Positions 49,931 to 63,759 are shown, counted from the stretch's first letter. The stretch is 64,000 nt of DNA from Haliotis rubra (GCF_003918875.1 NW_025767157.1:1178001-1242000); one strand, 5' to 3'. Notes: generated by a model from the sequence alone, not told the origin. Numbers and translations are program-made.

Positions 49931-52519
49931 GTAGGTCAGTCTGTGCATATTCCGACTACAGTAAACCTTATTAACAAACTTGAATGCTTGCTTACCTTCC
50001 ATGAAGCCAAACAATGACTTATATAACAACCTATTTTTGTTACCAGATAACTGTTTGTTTCATTTCTTTATTATGAAATGTAGTACTGTAAATACTAGAG
50101 AATATTGGGTTCTTCCCATTTGAAGTCACCAGGTTTCAGCGACACATCCCAAAGGACACAGAGCACTAGATGACACATTTCCCTTCCTACATTTACATGT
50201 CGATACTGGGCTGCTATAGAGGCTGTAGCCATACACCTCTTCATCATCTAGACTGCAAATAACTTCTCAAGAAACACCACTACATAATAAGGCTGGCTAC
50301 AGTAGAGATCATGGGATGTATCGGTGCAGTATTAAGGTTTCTGAATGGCAAATACATGGCTAATTTATTTTTGATGGACAAACTCGTCTCCCAATTGACA
50401 AGTCGTATATGTTGACGTTGCCATATGAACCTTAAACAGTAACATATGGGGAATTGTCTTATGATGTCATACCATGATATATTGTTGTGATCTACATTTT
50501 CCCTCATGAGATGTCTTCTTGAATTCAATCACACAGACACAATGCAAGTTTTCCCGGTAAATAGTAACATTACTGGCGTTCCTTGGTTGGAAAAGGGTTC
50601 TCTGTGTCTGCATCAGCAGCATTTGAATGAACACTCAAGCGTCCCATTTAATTCCATGGTAGTTTATTTTTGTACTAAGAATAAACCACTGAGTCCTGTT
50701 CCACAAAGCCAATGTAGCACTATGACTATCGTAGGCCAATGTTCAATCTGCAACCACTTTACCGCTTCCGCAGCTTTGTGGAATGAGTCCACTAGTGTTA
50801 ATTCCATTGTTAGAAAACCAGTAATATTGTTGTTGAGTCTTTTCACTACTGCATTGGATTTGGCAATGTATAAAGGGATTTAAGCAACTTCCACCGGATC
50901 ACCATCTGGCAGAATGTGTTTAGTCTGTGTCCACATGATTACAGTTTACACAGGAGGATGGTTTGTATCATTCATGCCAACTCTGTGTATTTGTTGAAGT
51001 TTCATCTCAATGTACAACATTATTGTTTAAGCTACACCACAACTGATTCTTAGCTTTCTGATTATTTTAAGTAGTTGAAAAGATGTTGTTAAAGGAATTA
51101 AATCTGGTTTCCATGGCACTCCTTACAAAACAGTTTGCATTGAGAAAAAGACATTGCCTGTGTTTTTAGTGCTAGAGTATGAACTTCAAATGCATTGAGA
51201 GAAGTTGTCTATATCTCATTTGTTAGGGCATAGTGAACATCCGATCTTGTTTTTGTTTTCTTGTTTTAATTTGTCAATACCTATTTGGTATGTTACAGTA
51301 TAAGGCATAAAGTGCAAACAGCTTGAACACTACATATATATATATATATATTGCCTCGTATTTTTAACTGCTTATATCAGGTACCTATTACCCATTTTGA
51401 ATTTTGAGCCCCATGCTTGCCTGAGCAGCTCAGCATCCTATTCTTTTGAAAGGTTTGAACTTGTGGTATTTGCAGAAATAGTAACTGTTTGATTGAAAAT
51501 TGAACTTTATGAATAACATGTTATATTGCATCAGTGTTCTTTCGGTGTGTAGATTCCTACAGTTTGAAAACTCTTAAAATCTACATCGAAAAACAGACAG
51601 CTGATGAGGTATACCAGATACTATTATCCATGATATTGGCCTTTTCGTTCCAAGCACAATTGTCTCACATAATTGGTAACCTAGCATAAATAGTTTCTGC
51701 TTGATCATCTGGTACTGTTAAAGGTTGGAATGGGCAGGTTATTTCCTCAAAGCACTTGTGTGCTGAAAGATCACTTTACTGTCCACAAGTTCTTCACTTT
51801 CCTTTCAATGCTTTGTGTAAATAGTTTTACCTCTTTACTGATTACTGATAAGTTTCCTATCAGATGTTTATCTGGGTATTCTTTGTGTTAAAAGGGGAAT
51901 AAAACAGGAATTTTGTGAAAACTGTTAAAACTGAAAATCTTTTCAGAAACCAAACTTAGCAGATGTGTATGTGCAAGGCATCACCAGAACACAAATTGAT
52001 GCCCACACTGTCAAACACTGGCTTCTTCAGGCCCCTTACACTTCAGTCAGTCCAATTGAGGGTGTGTATTCCCATGTCTGTACCAAAGGCAACCAGCCTC
52101 ACTCATTCACACACTTTCTCAATCTACCAGGATCACATGGACTGTAGTGCTATCCACAAGGGGACTGGATATGGCCTGAAAGTAATACAGGAGCAGAGAG
52201 TTCATCCACATATATGTCACATCGTACAATGCCATCGTAACCTGAGCAAGTTGCTGTTTGGTATTTTATGTATTGTTGTTATGGCATTTTATAGCATTTC
52301 ACAGGTTAAGATTTTTTTAAATTGTAATTTTGTGTTTTAAGGCACCATTGTTCTTTATAAATCCATGTTACGTCATTCATTACCGAACGAATATTGTAAA
52401 TAACTGATTTGTATAATTCAGGAAATGAATTCTGTATCTCATTTAATCTGAATAAAGCATTACTCTTTAGAATTGTTTCACTTTTATTGTGATTCGCCCA
52501 AGACAAGCGAGGACACGGA

Positions 52520-52650
52520 TGGCCAAGTGGTTCGATTCCCCACATGGGTATAATGTGTGAAGCCCATTTCAGGTGTCCCCCCCGCCGTGATGTTGCTGGA
52601 ATGTTGCTGAAAGCGGTGTAAAACCATAGTCACTCACTCACTACTCACTA
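52520..52650 (+). mobile_element. SINE family A, 5'-truncated
   Basis: B-box, body and (CACT)n tail. Confidence 0.85.
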
Positions 52651-53873
52651 GTGAAGCTTAGACGTTGGAATATAGCGGAAATAGTGTACACAGAGCTACA
52701 CACACACAAATACACACACACACAGACCATCCTGGTAGGGTGGCCGTTGTCAGCTGCGACTGAAGACTGGAGTGATATCAACGTTTCGAGATCTCATAGC
52801 GACACAGACCATTCTGTACTGGTTCTAGTTGAACTTTCAATTGTATAAAACAAAAACTTTCTGTCTCTACGATAAGATAATATGACAGCACGGTTGTCAT
52901 AAGTATTTGTAATCGGGAATGCAACGCTAAATCCCCTTCGAATACATGAGTATTGCATACCATTGTACTGTACATTCTACGATGTAGGCATATCCATGAA
53001 TTAATAAATGTTGAAAATAAAACATTTGAAACTCACGAAGATCTTGGGATTTGCTTGTTTTTCATGTTTGCAGAGATATTTTGCATACATTCCCGCAAGG
53101 AACAGTCTTAATTTTGTACTGAAGATATAACATTTACAACGTATAAAATTTGTCATAAATTATGGGGACGATGGAGAAAAATCGGGATAGGTGTTGGGAG
53201 ATAGATAAATTCCAATGCACATTTCCAAGAGCTTAACATATATATCAATAACACTTGAAACGTCGTATGGGTTCCAAACGGAAATCTACTGATTTACGGT
53301 CGCTAATTACGTTTTCTGCAGAGGATATTAGTTATCATGGAGTAATAAAAACTCATCTCACAGACACACAATTCATAAAGATATGAGTTACGATTACATA
53401 GTTTAAAAGATGATTCTGGACAAATCCTAGCCTACGGTAATAAGGACTCGTCTCTTTATTCTCTGCATAATACTAGATGTGCATGTGAACACACCAAGAG
53501 TGGGCTCCTGTCAGGAAAAGCCGGCTGCTAAACTCGAAAGCAGATAGTCCAGCCGTAACTTGACTGGTTCCCTGTCGTCATCCTTCGCCTTAGCTATCCT
53601 CTGTGTATCATGCGCAACACATATAACATGCAGCGAGCCGATCTAAGCCGTAACGTAAGATTTGATACAATAACGTCTCCCTAAAGAAGGTCAAGGTCAT
53701 AGAAATCTGCTCATGTGGGCATGTGTTTTGTTTGATGCACTTTACGCAAAATCTATGAAAACGGTTCTGTTTGAAAAGCTGCATATTGTGAGTACGTCCA
53801 AAGAACTAAAGAAGTAACATGAAATGGTTTGAATTTGTATGTCGGATATGAACGTGACATTACTGACAACAAA

Positions 53874-55188
53874 ATGGCGAAACAGTTGAAACCTAAGCCG
53901 CTTTCAGTTGTAACAGAATATAGTCCTGATCTCATTTTGGAAGTAGAATCTGTTACTGGAGACAGTGACAATGGAAGACATATGGACAGTATTTCCTCCG
54001 AATCAGTTACAGAGGAAGTGTATGAACCAGAAATGTATTACGATGACGCAGAAGATGGCGGAGAATCGGAATCGGATTCCGAGCCCGAACAGCACCTCGT
54101 GGACACAAGCGAATTCACAACTCCTGATCGTCCATTGAAGTTTACCGTCAGACTTCTACTTGACTGGTGTCAGAAAAACAACATTGACATAGATCTAAAA
54201 ACCATAAAACCTGCCGCTCTGGATCAAATTCTGTGTAGGTTTTACGTAGAAGTCCGGAGTAAAGCCGGACAGCGATACTCCAGAAATACCATCGTTGCAA
54301 TAAGGTACGGTCTAAATCGGTATTTCGCAAACATGGTACCGCCAAGAAAGATGGACATTATTGAAGAAAAGGCATTCAGGTATTCCAATGCGGTGTTCAA
54401 ACGTGTTGTTAAAAGTGCCGCCAGGGAAAACCCAGAACGAACAAGCCCCCGCATGACGACAGAGGATCTGAGGAAAATATACAGTAGTGATGCATTAAGC
54501 CCCAACACCCCACTCACCCTTCTACTCAAAGTGTGGTTTGAAATCAGCGTGTACTTCTCGAGGAAACGGTCAAAAGTGCAACGGGACACCAAGACGACAG
54601 ACTTCATCTTTGACGTTGACAGCGACGGACGTCGTTATGCAACCGGAGCTTTACGAGACGAGGAACGTGATAGATGTCGGATGTATGAGAAGAAAGGTGA
54701 TGAGATGTGCCCCATTTTATCCCTAGAGAAGCTGCTGATGAGAATCGACCCTAACTGCCAGTACCTATTTCAGCGTCCAAGACTCTCCATACCAGACAAA
54801 AGCAGTGCCTGGTATCACCCGGAACGGATTGGCAGAAACTTTACTTCTCAGATGATGGGAAAGATCACCAAACTAGCTGAACTTGATACAAAGTACACTA
54901 ATGTTTCAATGAAGAAACTAGCTCCCTGGTCGCTGGAGGAACTTGTTTTCCAACACAGGTATCAGGTCATGTCTGTACAAAAGAGTCAAGCACTGCTTTC
55001 ATACACTACGTCATCTACATCAGGACCTGGACTTGTTCCAGCTGATAGATCACTACTCCCAGCCACACTCCCTACCGACTCCACTAAGTCGGTGGGGTGC
55101 AACACTGAGGAGGAGAGGGGGGCATTTAGGCCATACGTCAGACGGAAATCACAGACGAAACCAGACAGGAAGGGTCAGCATATTCTGG
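53874..55188 (+). CDS. Crypton-derived (DUF3504-like, KCTD1-N-type) protein A, coding exon 1
   Basis: Motifs LDQILCRFYVEVR..G..YSRNT..AIRYGLNRYF, DII...F..SN.VFK, P..L..KVWFEI..YF, CPI.SLE, LFQRP, WY....IG.N. ATG in AAAATGGCG; donor G|GTAAAT. Confidence 0.88.
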
Positions 55189-55350
55189 GTAAATATAACT
55201 CTGTAACGGTAATGTAAGTAAAGGGCTAGGGAGGGCTAGTAAGGTTGCTATGTATTTACTGTTCATGGGTACCATCATGGTAGTGCTGTGTCAGTGTTAG
55301 AGAGCCTCCAATTGGTGTATTCACTTACTGGTACAACATCACATTTACAG

Positions 55351-55482
55351 GAGGCCCTGATCCCATAGATGTGAATACAGCGAAAGCCAAGATAAAGCGG
55401 GTATTCCAGCGCCTGGTGTACTCCGACCTAGTCACTGTTGTTGACTGGCTCAAGCGGATCGATGTTCTCAAAGACACTTCTG
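55351..55482 (+). CDS. Crypton-derived protein A, exon 2 (conserved ~45-aa module)
   Basis: Boundaries TTTACAG|...|GTAGG, phase 1/1; encodes GPDPIDVNTAKAKIKRVFQRLVYSDLVTVVDWLKRIDVLKDTS; homologous to 63760-63909. Confidence 0.85.
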
Positions 55483-55909
55483 GTAGGCCAACGTCAACCT
55501 CCCATGCACTGCTATTGTTCTTAAAATAGTTTAACAGAACTTATCCAGCTTATCTGTATTTTTCACATACCAGAGTGTGTTATGAAAAATAGTTTCCTAC
55601 TAACAGGAATTCACTTGCTACGACCCTTCAGCCTTCCGATGCAAAATTATTCCAGTTGACCAGTTACCCCCTTTGCTGCGGCTGATCATTCCCCCTTCCT
55701 CCTCGACCATACTTCGTGCATATGTTCGATTCTTAAGTTTTGAGTAGCATAAGTAAAACAAGGTTATCACATTTCTTGCAGTCGGGTTGACTCAAGTCAC
55801 TATGGATCACCCTGAGTTAGTGTAATAATACGCGAAAAGCTTGGATACAATGTAAACTGCCTATTCAGACAAGTTGAAACACAACAAATGTGTTTCTCTC
55901 CTTTCTCTC

Positions 55910-55968
55910 TCCCCTGTGATATTGCTGGAACATTGCTAAAAGCAGCATAAAACTAAACTCACTCACTC
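55910..55968 (+). mobile_element. SINE family A 3' fragment
   Basis: gtgatattgctggaacattgctaaaagc...actcactca. Confidence 0.75.
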
Positions 55969-56411
55969 ATGCCTGAAAAACGATAATAAAGAAGGAGACA
56001 TCAAGCCAATGCAAAATCATCCACTGATTGTATTTATATCATAAGTTGATTAGTAAACATGTATGTTATACCTTAATTATTTTTGAATTATTGTATTAAA
56101 TTTTTAACTTGTGCCTGACATCATTTGGAGCTGATGACCAGAGTACTGCTCCAGAGTGGTAACCTTGTTTGGGTCAATTATGGTTGTGGGAAGAATGAGG
56201 TTACCAGTCCACATGTGCTAACATTGGTCAGTCAAGGTTAATGTGGATTATACCTTAGTCAACACGATTCACATGGGTCGATGGCAACATATTACAGAAC
56301 CATGGATGAAGCGGCCATTGGTTTCTCTGGTTCTGACGTCACTGGACAGTGTCACCAATTGACTAGGGGGACTTTTACTATTCTTCAATATGATTTCTTT
56401 TCTTATTCCAG

Positions 56412-56980
56412 GGATAGTGTTTTGTCGGGAAAACTGTTATAGGATAATGGAACAGCCGCCAAGAGCCCGAAGGTTTACTCCACGACAGGTTCATCCAACA
56501 CAGCCACCCCAGTCGGCCATCCAGCCCTACATCCTACCATCTCCACTGTCACTGTCCCAGTACTACATGAACAACGCCGTCAACACTGCTGCTGCTGCTG
56601 CACCTCGTCCGGCAGCCATCTTCTTTCCCCAATTTCCTCTCACCTCTCAGAACCAGACTGCCACCAGTCTTGCATCACAGGAGTCCTCTCTGCCAAGACA
56701 TACTGCATCCTTACTAAATGCCTCTGTTACAGCCAAACCCACCAACCAGGACCATTTCAAGTACCAAACAGGATCTGGGAATGGTTTCAATAGTGCCAGG
56801 AATGGCAAGCAGCTCGCCATAGCTCCAAGGCCTGCTGTCACCGCAACAACACCAAGTCACTCCCTCGGCCACAGTACACAGCAGCAGACAGCAGACGACA
56901 GCACTCCCCCACACCATACAGTCAAGTTGCCCAAGCGGGAAACTGTGTCCAGTTTGGTGGTCAACATCAGGGCAACATAG
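56412..56980 (+). CDS. Crypton-derived protein A, exon 3 (P/Q/S/T/A-rich tail; true stop may be 57075)
   Basis: Strong acceptor TTTCTTTTCTTATTCCAG; phase 1 fits exon 2; composition is low-complexity, like a transcription-factor tail. Confidence 0.75.
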
Positions 56981-57929
56981 ATGCCAGTGACAACACCGCA
57001 TCGACAACATCACCACAAAAGAAACTTAAAATTTCTAATGTCACAGGTGAAAGTAAAGTCTGGAAGATTTTGTAGACTGTTCACCCAAGTTCAACATGAT
57101 GAACTATAGCCAGCAGAGACGACTCTCTGGACCATATGCAGACTTCATCTAGAAATCTACACCATGGCCTACGATTGGCTTATTCTTCAAACATATGCAC
57201 TGTACACTTGAGGAATGGTTGAAATTGCTTCAATATTTACCTCACTGACTGGATCCAAAAGAGATCATGTCCATTAAAAAAAAAGTCTTGAACTGAGAAT
57301 TCAAGCTTCATATGAATGGTTATCCAAATGAAAATCGTGTCTGTCTTTTGCTCCTGTATCACAAATATTTCTGCAATGTGTTTTGTAATTACAGTTTGTC
57401 CCGGAAGCAAGTTACCCATAATCTACATTCTACACCATAGATCCAATGTCTGATCAACTTATGGTATCATGACAAATGCTGTATCATTAAAGTATTCAGG
57501 TATTTAGGCTGCCAGAGCATTTCTATTTAGAAACGATTATCAGTTCATCACATTTACTGGAAAAAAACATGCAATACACTATCGAAAATGTTAAAAGTGA
57601 TTTGGAACATACAGTCCACTCGGACTATTAACCTGATATGATCACTTCTGATATGTTGTTGGTTATTAATTTTCGCCTGCGGTTATCTCCCCTTTCAGGT
57701 TTGCATGTTAGTTTATTGTGCTTTCACCTTCGCGCTTCCTTCTTGGAAGTACTGTAAAGTTGTTTTATTACATTTTGAAATAAAATCATTTTTGTATTTT
57801 AACTCCCTGTCATTAATACATATTAGAATTGTTGTTTTGAATTATCTTTTATATTTCTTCTCATCGTTAGGAAAGGAAGTATGGGGGAATAGGTGTATAC
57901 ATGGGGATTATGGGTAGGAATATTGGTTC

Positions 57930-58110
57930 TTAGCAACGTGTGCTGGTCGAAGAGGCTGCTTATGGAAGTGGATGGTAGGGCTTAGCGCTTGGATCACTGC
58001 TTGTCATCGGGTTAAATTACGTGAACCAATGCTCATGATGTCAGTCACTGGATTGTCTGATCCAGAACTGATTACTCACCGACCGCCGAACGTTACGTGT
58101 GGCGTTAGAA
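57930..58110 (+). mobile_element. Old, diverged family B copy
   Basis: tcactggattgtctgatccaga...gaccgccg. Confidence 0.6.
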
Positions 58111-58347
58111 TATACACAAAACCATCCCATTGATCGTTGGCGTAGTTTCTGATAGTGGAACGACTTCGTGTCAGCGTTAGGCATTTAAAAACACCCAGAA
58201 CACCTCAGAATTCTTGTCAGAGTCAACAAATACACAGCACCCTTGCACAGGCCGTTTTAACATCCGTTCTGTTACATAATCGCCTAAACTGAAATCCTAG
58301 GTTTCTGAGAGTTTTACCTCCCACCAGTCTACTGATAATAAGAACAG

Positions 58348-58492
58348 GGTGAGTGAGTTGGGTTTTACGCCGCTTTTAGATTATTCCAGCAATATTGGCC
58401 GGGTCACCACAAATGGGCTTCACACATTGTACCATTGTGGGAGATCGGCGTGACGACCAAACGCTTTAACCACTAGACTACACCACCGCCCC
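58348..58492 (-). mobile_element. SINE family A (minus strand)
   Basis: gagtgagttgggttttacgccgc...aaccactagactacaccaccgcccc. Confidence 0.85.
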
Positions 58493-58494
58493 GA

Positions 58495-58715
58495 TATTGG
58501 TAGAATTGGTCTTTAGCAAACCATGCTTGCCGTAACAGGCGATTAACGGGTTCGGGTGGTCAGGCTTGCTGTCTTGGTTCATCTATGTGATGATCTCCCC
58601 AATTGTGTAGATCCATGTTTATGATGCCAATCAATGGATTGTCTGGTCCAGACTCGATTATTTACAGAACGCCGTCATAAATTATAGCTAAAAGTTGATG
58701 GGTACAGCTTTAAAA
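58495..58715 (+). mobile_element. Family B copy, head-to-head with the adjacent family A copy
   Basis: ccatgcttgccgtaacaggcgattaacggg...gtctggtccagactcgattatttacag. Confidence 0.8.
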
Positions 58716-59256
58716 ACAGTTTGTTTACTATTTGAAACAATCTGATTGTGAAACTTCGGGACATTCAAATAAATGTAGACCGCGAAGAATGCATTCCCTT
58801 TGAAGCCACACCGGACCCCATTTGGTCATTCAGTCTATGTGTACTATCTTCTAATCTCCTGAGTTTGTGCACGTATCTCGTCCGTGTGACGTCGGCCCGT
58901 GCATCTCCTGCTGTTTGCGTCCTGTTTATTTTACCCAACACAATAATCACAATATGGACAATTATACATCGGCACACCTGTGATGATAGGTAGCGTTAAA
59001 ATACCTTCCCTTACCAAACCAGATGACACAATACTGTTATTACGCAATCACTATCACTCACTAAAGACGATTATTTAACACTGCTGTTATTTTGACAATA
59101 TATTTTAAAGACTGTTCGTGAAAATAACGGATATATTTATATAGTGCATGCTTGTGAACTACTGATGTTTTTATCATCAGTTTGGTGAATGTTATTTGTA
59201 CTCACTACAGTCAACAGAATCGGGAAAATATTGTGTTCAGCAGCCTGCAGCCTTGA

Positions 59257-59416
59257 CTGACTGAGTTTGGTTTTACGCTGCTTTTAGCAATATTCCAGCA
59301 ACATCACGGCGGGGGACACCAGAAATGGGCTTCACACATTGTACCCATGTGGGGATTCGAACCCGGGTCTTCGGCGTGACGAGCCAACGCTTTAACCACT
59401 AGGCTACCCCACCGCC
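59257..59416 (-). mobile_element. Full-length SINE family A (minus strand)
   Basis: TSD (gc)ctgcagccttga at 59243-59256 and 59414-59427; intact A and B boxes. Confidence 0.93.
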
Positions 59417-60901
59417 TGCAGCCTTGAACTCGGGAGGTAAAGGTAAAAGGGGATAGATCATTTGTTGTTGTTGAGGAGCAAAATCGAGAATTCTAAACCA
59501 TTACTCTGCGGTTAGACCTCGCACCTCGTGGGGTGTTTACGTTTCATACACTTTCACTTCCACTTTCTATAATTTTGATATATCTTTATCAAATTCCTAA
59601 TTTTCTTCTTCCCTCCCCTAAATTAAAATCTCATAACTTGTAATCTTGCGTTCTCATATCCTTCCAAAATAACCAGTTTCGAGAAAGAACAGCGTTTCAC
59701 CAGTGTTGGTTTGACCTGCTTCCCTTTGTTTTGGAACTAAGACTAGTAGGACTGGACTATCTCTTGTAGTGATGCAGACGTGATATAGATGGTCATTCGC
59801 TCCGCAGGTGGAGTCAAGGACGAGAACTCGACATATGTAAGTAATATTTTGAGCTGGTCAATGTCAAGAAACGAAAACAACCAAAAGCGTGTTACAGTTA
59901 GATAACATGTGCACGTAGGCAAGATATTACAGGCTAAAGGATGATCTTGCAGAAACAGTTGAACCCAAAGATACACCATTATATAACTTCATTTCAGATA
60001 TGTCCTCCTATTTAACCGTCTCTAAATTCTTTCTCCTCCATGTTATTTCAATTAAAAGTTATATAAATCCCGACGTGTTATCAGTTATTGCACTTAGTAA
60101 AACGCATAAAGGCGAAAACCGTTTCTGAATTCTTTCTTTTCAAAGTTAATTTAATTAACAGTTGCATGCATTTCTATCTTGACTTATTTTCAGTTATCAC
60201 ACAGTGAAATGGGTAAAATGTAGTCCGCTTCTAAATGAAGACAGGTTTATCAAATAATGATATTTACGTCGTGGATTTCCTTTGCATAAATGTATACGAT
60301 GTGTTATGGCTTTTATTTTCTGCACACATAAGCCTAAGATGGGCATGGATATAAACCAGCTTCATTTCAAACAATACGTGGAACTGGCGTGAGGTAACCT
60401 AGATGTGACAAGACCGGGAGCATATGGAGAGGGATATTTAACTCTCACGGCCGTTTCCAAAAATAACTGAATTCGGTAGATAACTAGTCGTATCACACTC
60501 CCGATAATTCCCTTTGCGGCTGTTGGTTAACTTTAGTAACAGGTGTATATCAAACTTCTTGTTCTCATATATCGTGGAACATTCCGATAAGGCAGTATTC
60601 GACTGATACTCTCTCTGAAGCTAGTCGACACGAGACCAGTTTATCATAGCAGGCACAGGAATATCCATCGTTCCCTCCCAGTGTATTTGATCCACGCAAC
60701 GGCGTTTGTGTTAGAACAACGCATTTTTGAACTAAAAGAAACAAAAAACATTATCGGTAAGCAAACATTTTAACTTGCAGAGTTGTCTCTCTTTCAATGT
60801 TTACCGACACTAGGTGGCTTCCGGTATCATGGCTGTCAATCATTGAATATATTGTGTTGATTATGACTTTAGTGGTGATGTTGTGTTTTCATGTTTAAGA
60901 A

Positions 60902-62303
60902 ATGGACCCAACCAGCAAGGAAAGTGAAGAATCAACTCACAATGAGAAGAAGTCAGCGGTCGCGTGTTCAGACGCGCACCATGACACAGGAGTCAGCGAA
61001 GAGAACGTGGAAGACGCTGATGTTGATAACGAAGATCGTGATGATATTTACATGGTACCCGGCTCGAGTTCGGGAAACGGTGGGTCTGATGCCATGCATT
61101 CAAGCATGTTACGCATACCAACACCTGAAGAGTCTAATTTCCTCATGGAAAATAAAAATACAAACAGGAAAACTGGTGCAGATATGAAAATCCTTGTTAG
61201 CTACTTAAAATCTTTGAATGAAAAGCGCCCACCAGAATGCATCCCACCAATAGAACTTGATAAATACCTGTCCTCCTTCTTCATGGTTGTAAGAAAGTTT
61301 GACGGAGCTGAATATGAACCTTGCAGCTTAAGGGCAATGCTGGCTAGTATTGAGAGGTACCTGAAACTAAAATGCTACCCAACATCATTGACAAGAGATA
61401 TTCACTTCGCCAAGACAAGAGCTGCCTTGAAGCTGAAGCAGCAAATGTTGAAACAAATGGGTAAAGGTGTGAAGTCACAGATATCATCAACATCACATGT
61501 CATGGAACAGAGACTGTCACAGTTATGCAAATCTCAAGAATTTGGACCTTACACTCCTGTGTCTGTGCTGTTTTCTCTGTGCTTTGTGTTTGTTGTGAAT
61601 TTGAAAATGAGAAAAGCAACAGAACACAAGAAATTGTTGTGGGGAGACATAATGTTAGGAGTAGAAGAGGACTCTGGGAGAGAATATCTTGCATTTTCCC
61701 CACAAATGCTGCACAGAACAGCAAACAGTCACTTGCGTCAATCCCGGCAGATGATATGGAGCAAGCCAGAGATACCAGAACAGGATCCCGTGGCTTTGTA
61801 CAAACTATATGCAGAAAAACGACCTATTGCTGCCAATCACAGATACTCTCCATTCTACCTTGGTGTAAACGTCAATCAACCAGCCCCTGCTCAGTCCTGG
61901 TATCGCCCTTGTGCTCTGGGTATGAACAAACTTAATGAGATGGTGAGACAGATTCGTGACCTAACAGGAATGGCTGCCCAAGTTGCCCCATTTGAAGGTA
62001 CTGCTGCTGTAACTGGTGATGGGGACTCAAACTGTGACTCAACAAATGCCTCATCAGTTGATAATGACGAGGGAGAATTGAACACAAGCCAGATTGACAG
62101 TTATGGTCGACAAGACAGTAAGGTGTCTGATGTTCTTGCGTACCATGTGATTGAGCAACCAGATTCTGAACTGGACTCCAGTGATAGCCTGTCCCATCAA
62201 TCCCTCTCATTTAATGAAGAAGTGGTGGATGATGTTGCTGACCAACCTGATAACTGCCATGGAACTGTGTCAGGCTACTCTACGGATGATAACTTTGGTA
62301 ATG
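60902..62303 (+). CDS. Crypton-derived (DUF3504-like, ZMYM/QRICH1/KIAA1958-type) protein B, coding exon 1
   Basis: Motifs NTNRKT, LDKYLSSFFMVVRK.DG.EYEP.SL..MLASIERYL, F..TR.ALK.KQ..LK..GKG, DPV.LY..Y...RP, PFYL, WY....LG.N.L. Donor G|GTAAGT. Confidence 0.9.
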
Positions 62304-62824
62304 GTAAGTATAAATTTTTCAGTTTGTTCAATCATCAATGTACATTTTGTTTAAACACTCATGTTTGTTGTTTCATTGCTGTAAATAGTATTAGGCACAA
62401 ATGCAGTGACACTAGTTAGAACTTTTAACACAAAAGCTTTGTTACTATGGTAATTAATTTAGCATACTATTGGCATGCTAACCATAGCAACCAATTCCAA
62501 GAGGTTTGGAGGTTTCCATTAAAATGTCAGAATTCGGTAAATATTGGAAACACATGATAAGAATGAGCATTAAAAAACATGTGAGTAACCTATTATGATC
62601 ATGAACAGAATTCCAACTGGTCAAGTTTACTTATTTTAAAAAGGGAACAGAAAGAAACAGTTTTATTATTGCCTCAACACCACAGTCTCCAGTTAGAATC
62701 CAGGCATAGACAACATTGGTCATGTCCAAATAGTCCTATGCTCAGTTTTGAATAGTGGTTGTGTACAGTAAACATAGTAAAATAACAAGAATATGGGACA
62801 AGACAAGTAGTACCCCTGATTTGT

Positions 62825-63071
62825 ACCCGTGAAGATCCGGCTTAGAATTGATCTTCAGTAACCAATGCTTGTCGTAAGAACCGACTAACGGGATCGGGTG
62901 GTCAGGCTCACTGACTTGGTTGACACATGTCATTGTATCCCAATTGCGGAGATCGATGCTCAAGCTGTTGATCACTGGATTGTCTGGTCCAGACTCGATT
63001 CTTTACAGACCACCACCATATAGCTGGAATATTGCTGAGTGTGGCGTAAAACTAAATTCACTCACTCACTT
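62825..63071 (+). mobile_element. Family B element, full length
   Basis: Complete head, body and tail; flanking repeat gatttgt at 62818-62824 and 63074-63080. Confidence 0.9.
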
Positions 63072-63759
63072 CAGATTTGTTCCTCACTGAATTTTCTTAA
63101 ACAAACAGGAACACAGAAACAACTAAGTATAAACCTGGTTAAACTTCATTCAAACTATAAAGAGCAGAGTGTTGCTTGGGGCCACTGTTTGTTTGTTTGT
63201 TTGTTTGTTTGTTTGAATTAAAGTAACGGAAATCAAAAAAGTTCTTTTAATCTGAACTGCTGCATTGTTTTTACCACTTCCATTGATCTGTTTCTTTTAA
63301 ATACACTGTCATAGATGCAAATGTGCTTTTAGCGATCAAATTTGATAACCATGGTAAAATAGAAAGTATACAAATTTCACAGAAATTGTTAAACCTGTAT
63401 TGCCCATGACATGGCATTAACACAGTTATGGCAAGTCTTTTTTCATTCCTTTTTGACAGACTTTATCTTTATCATACTTCTCAATACTAGTTGGCAGGTT
63501 GGAGAAAATAACAAACAAACAAAAACATAAAAGAGTTCTGTTTGTGTCGTGTGTAATGCCTTGTAGGCAGTATTGGGTCCAGCTAGTTATCTAAGCCTTT
63601 GCAGTTTAATCTGTGATATGAACAATTTCTTTGCAGTTTTTCCTCATACATTCCCATCTAAAAGTAAAGTAAATCTATGGTTTTTTCTCATTATGGTTAG
63701 CATGAGAAGGATGTGTTTACTTTTATTTCCAACACTGGATATGTTTATATTTCTTCCAG

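Noticed and set aside
50280-52340. ORFs of 60-125 aa downstream of the EEP stop
   Set aside because: No recognisable motifs or exon structure; likely 3'UTR or intergenic sequence.
53874-62419. Active Crypton transposons, or true ZMYM/KCTD1 orthologs
   Set aside because: Catalytic residues are lost and host-type spliced exons are present. No MYM zinc fingers or BTB domain were seen in the window, so no gene symbol was assigned.
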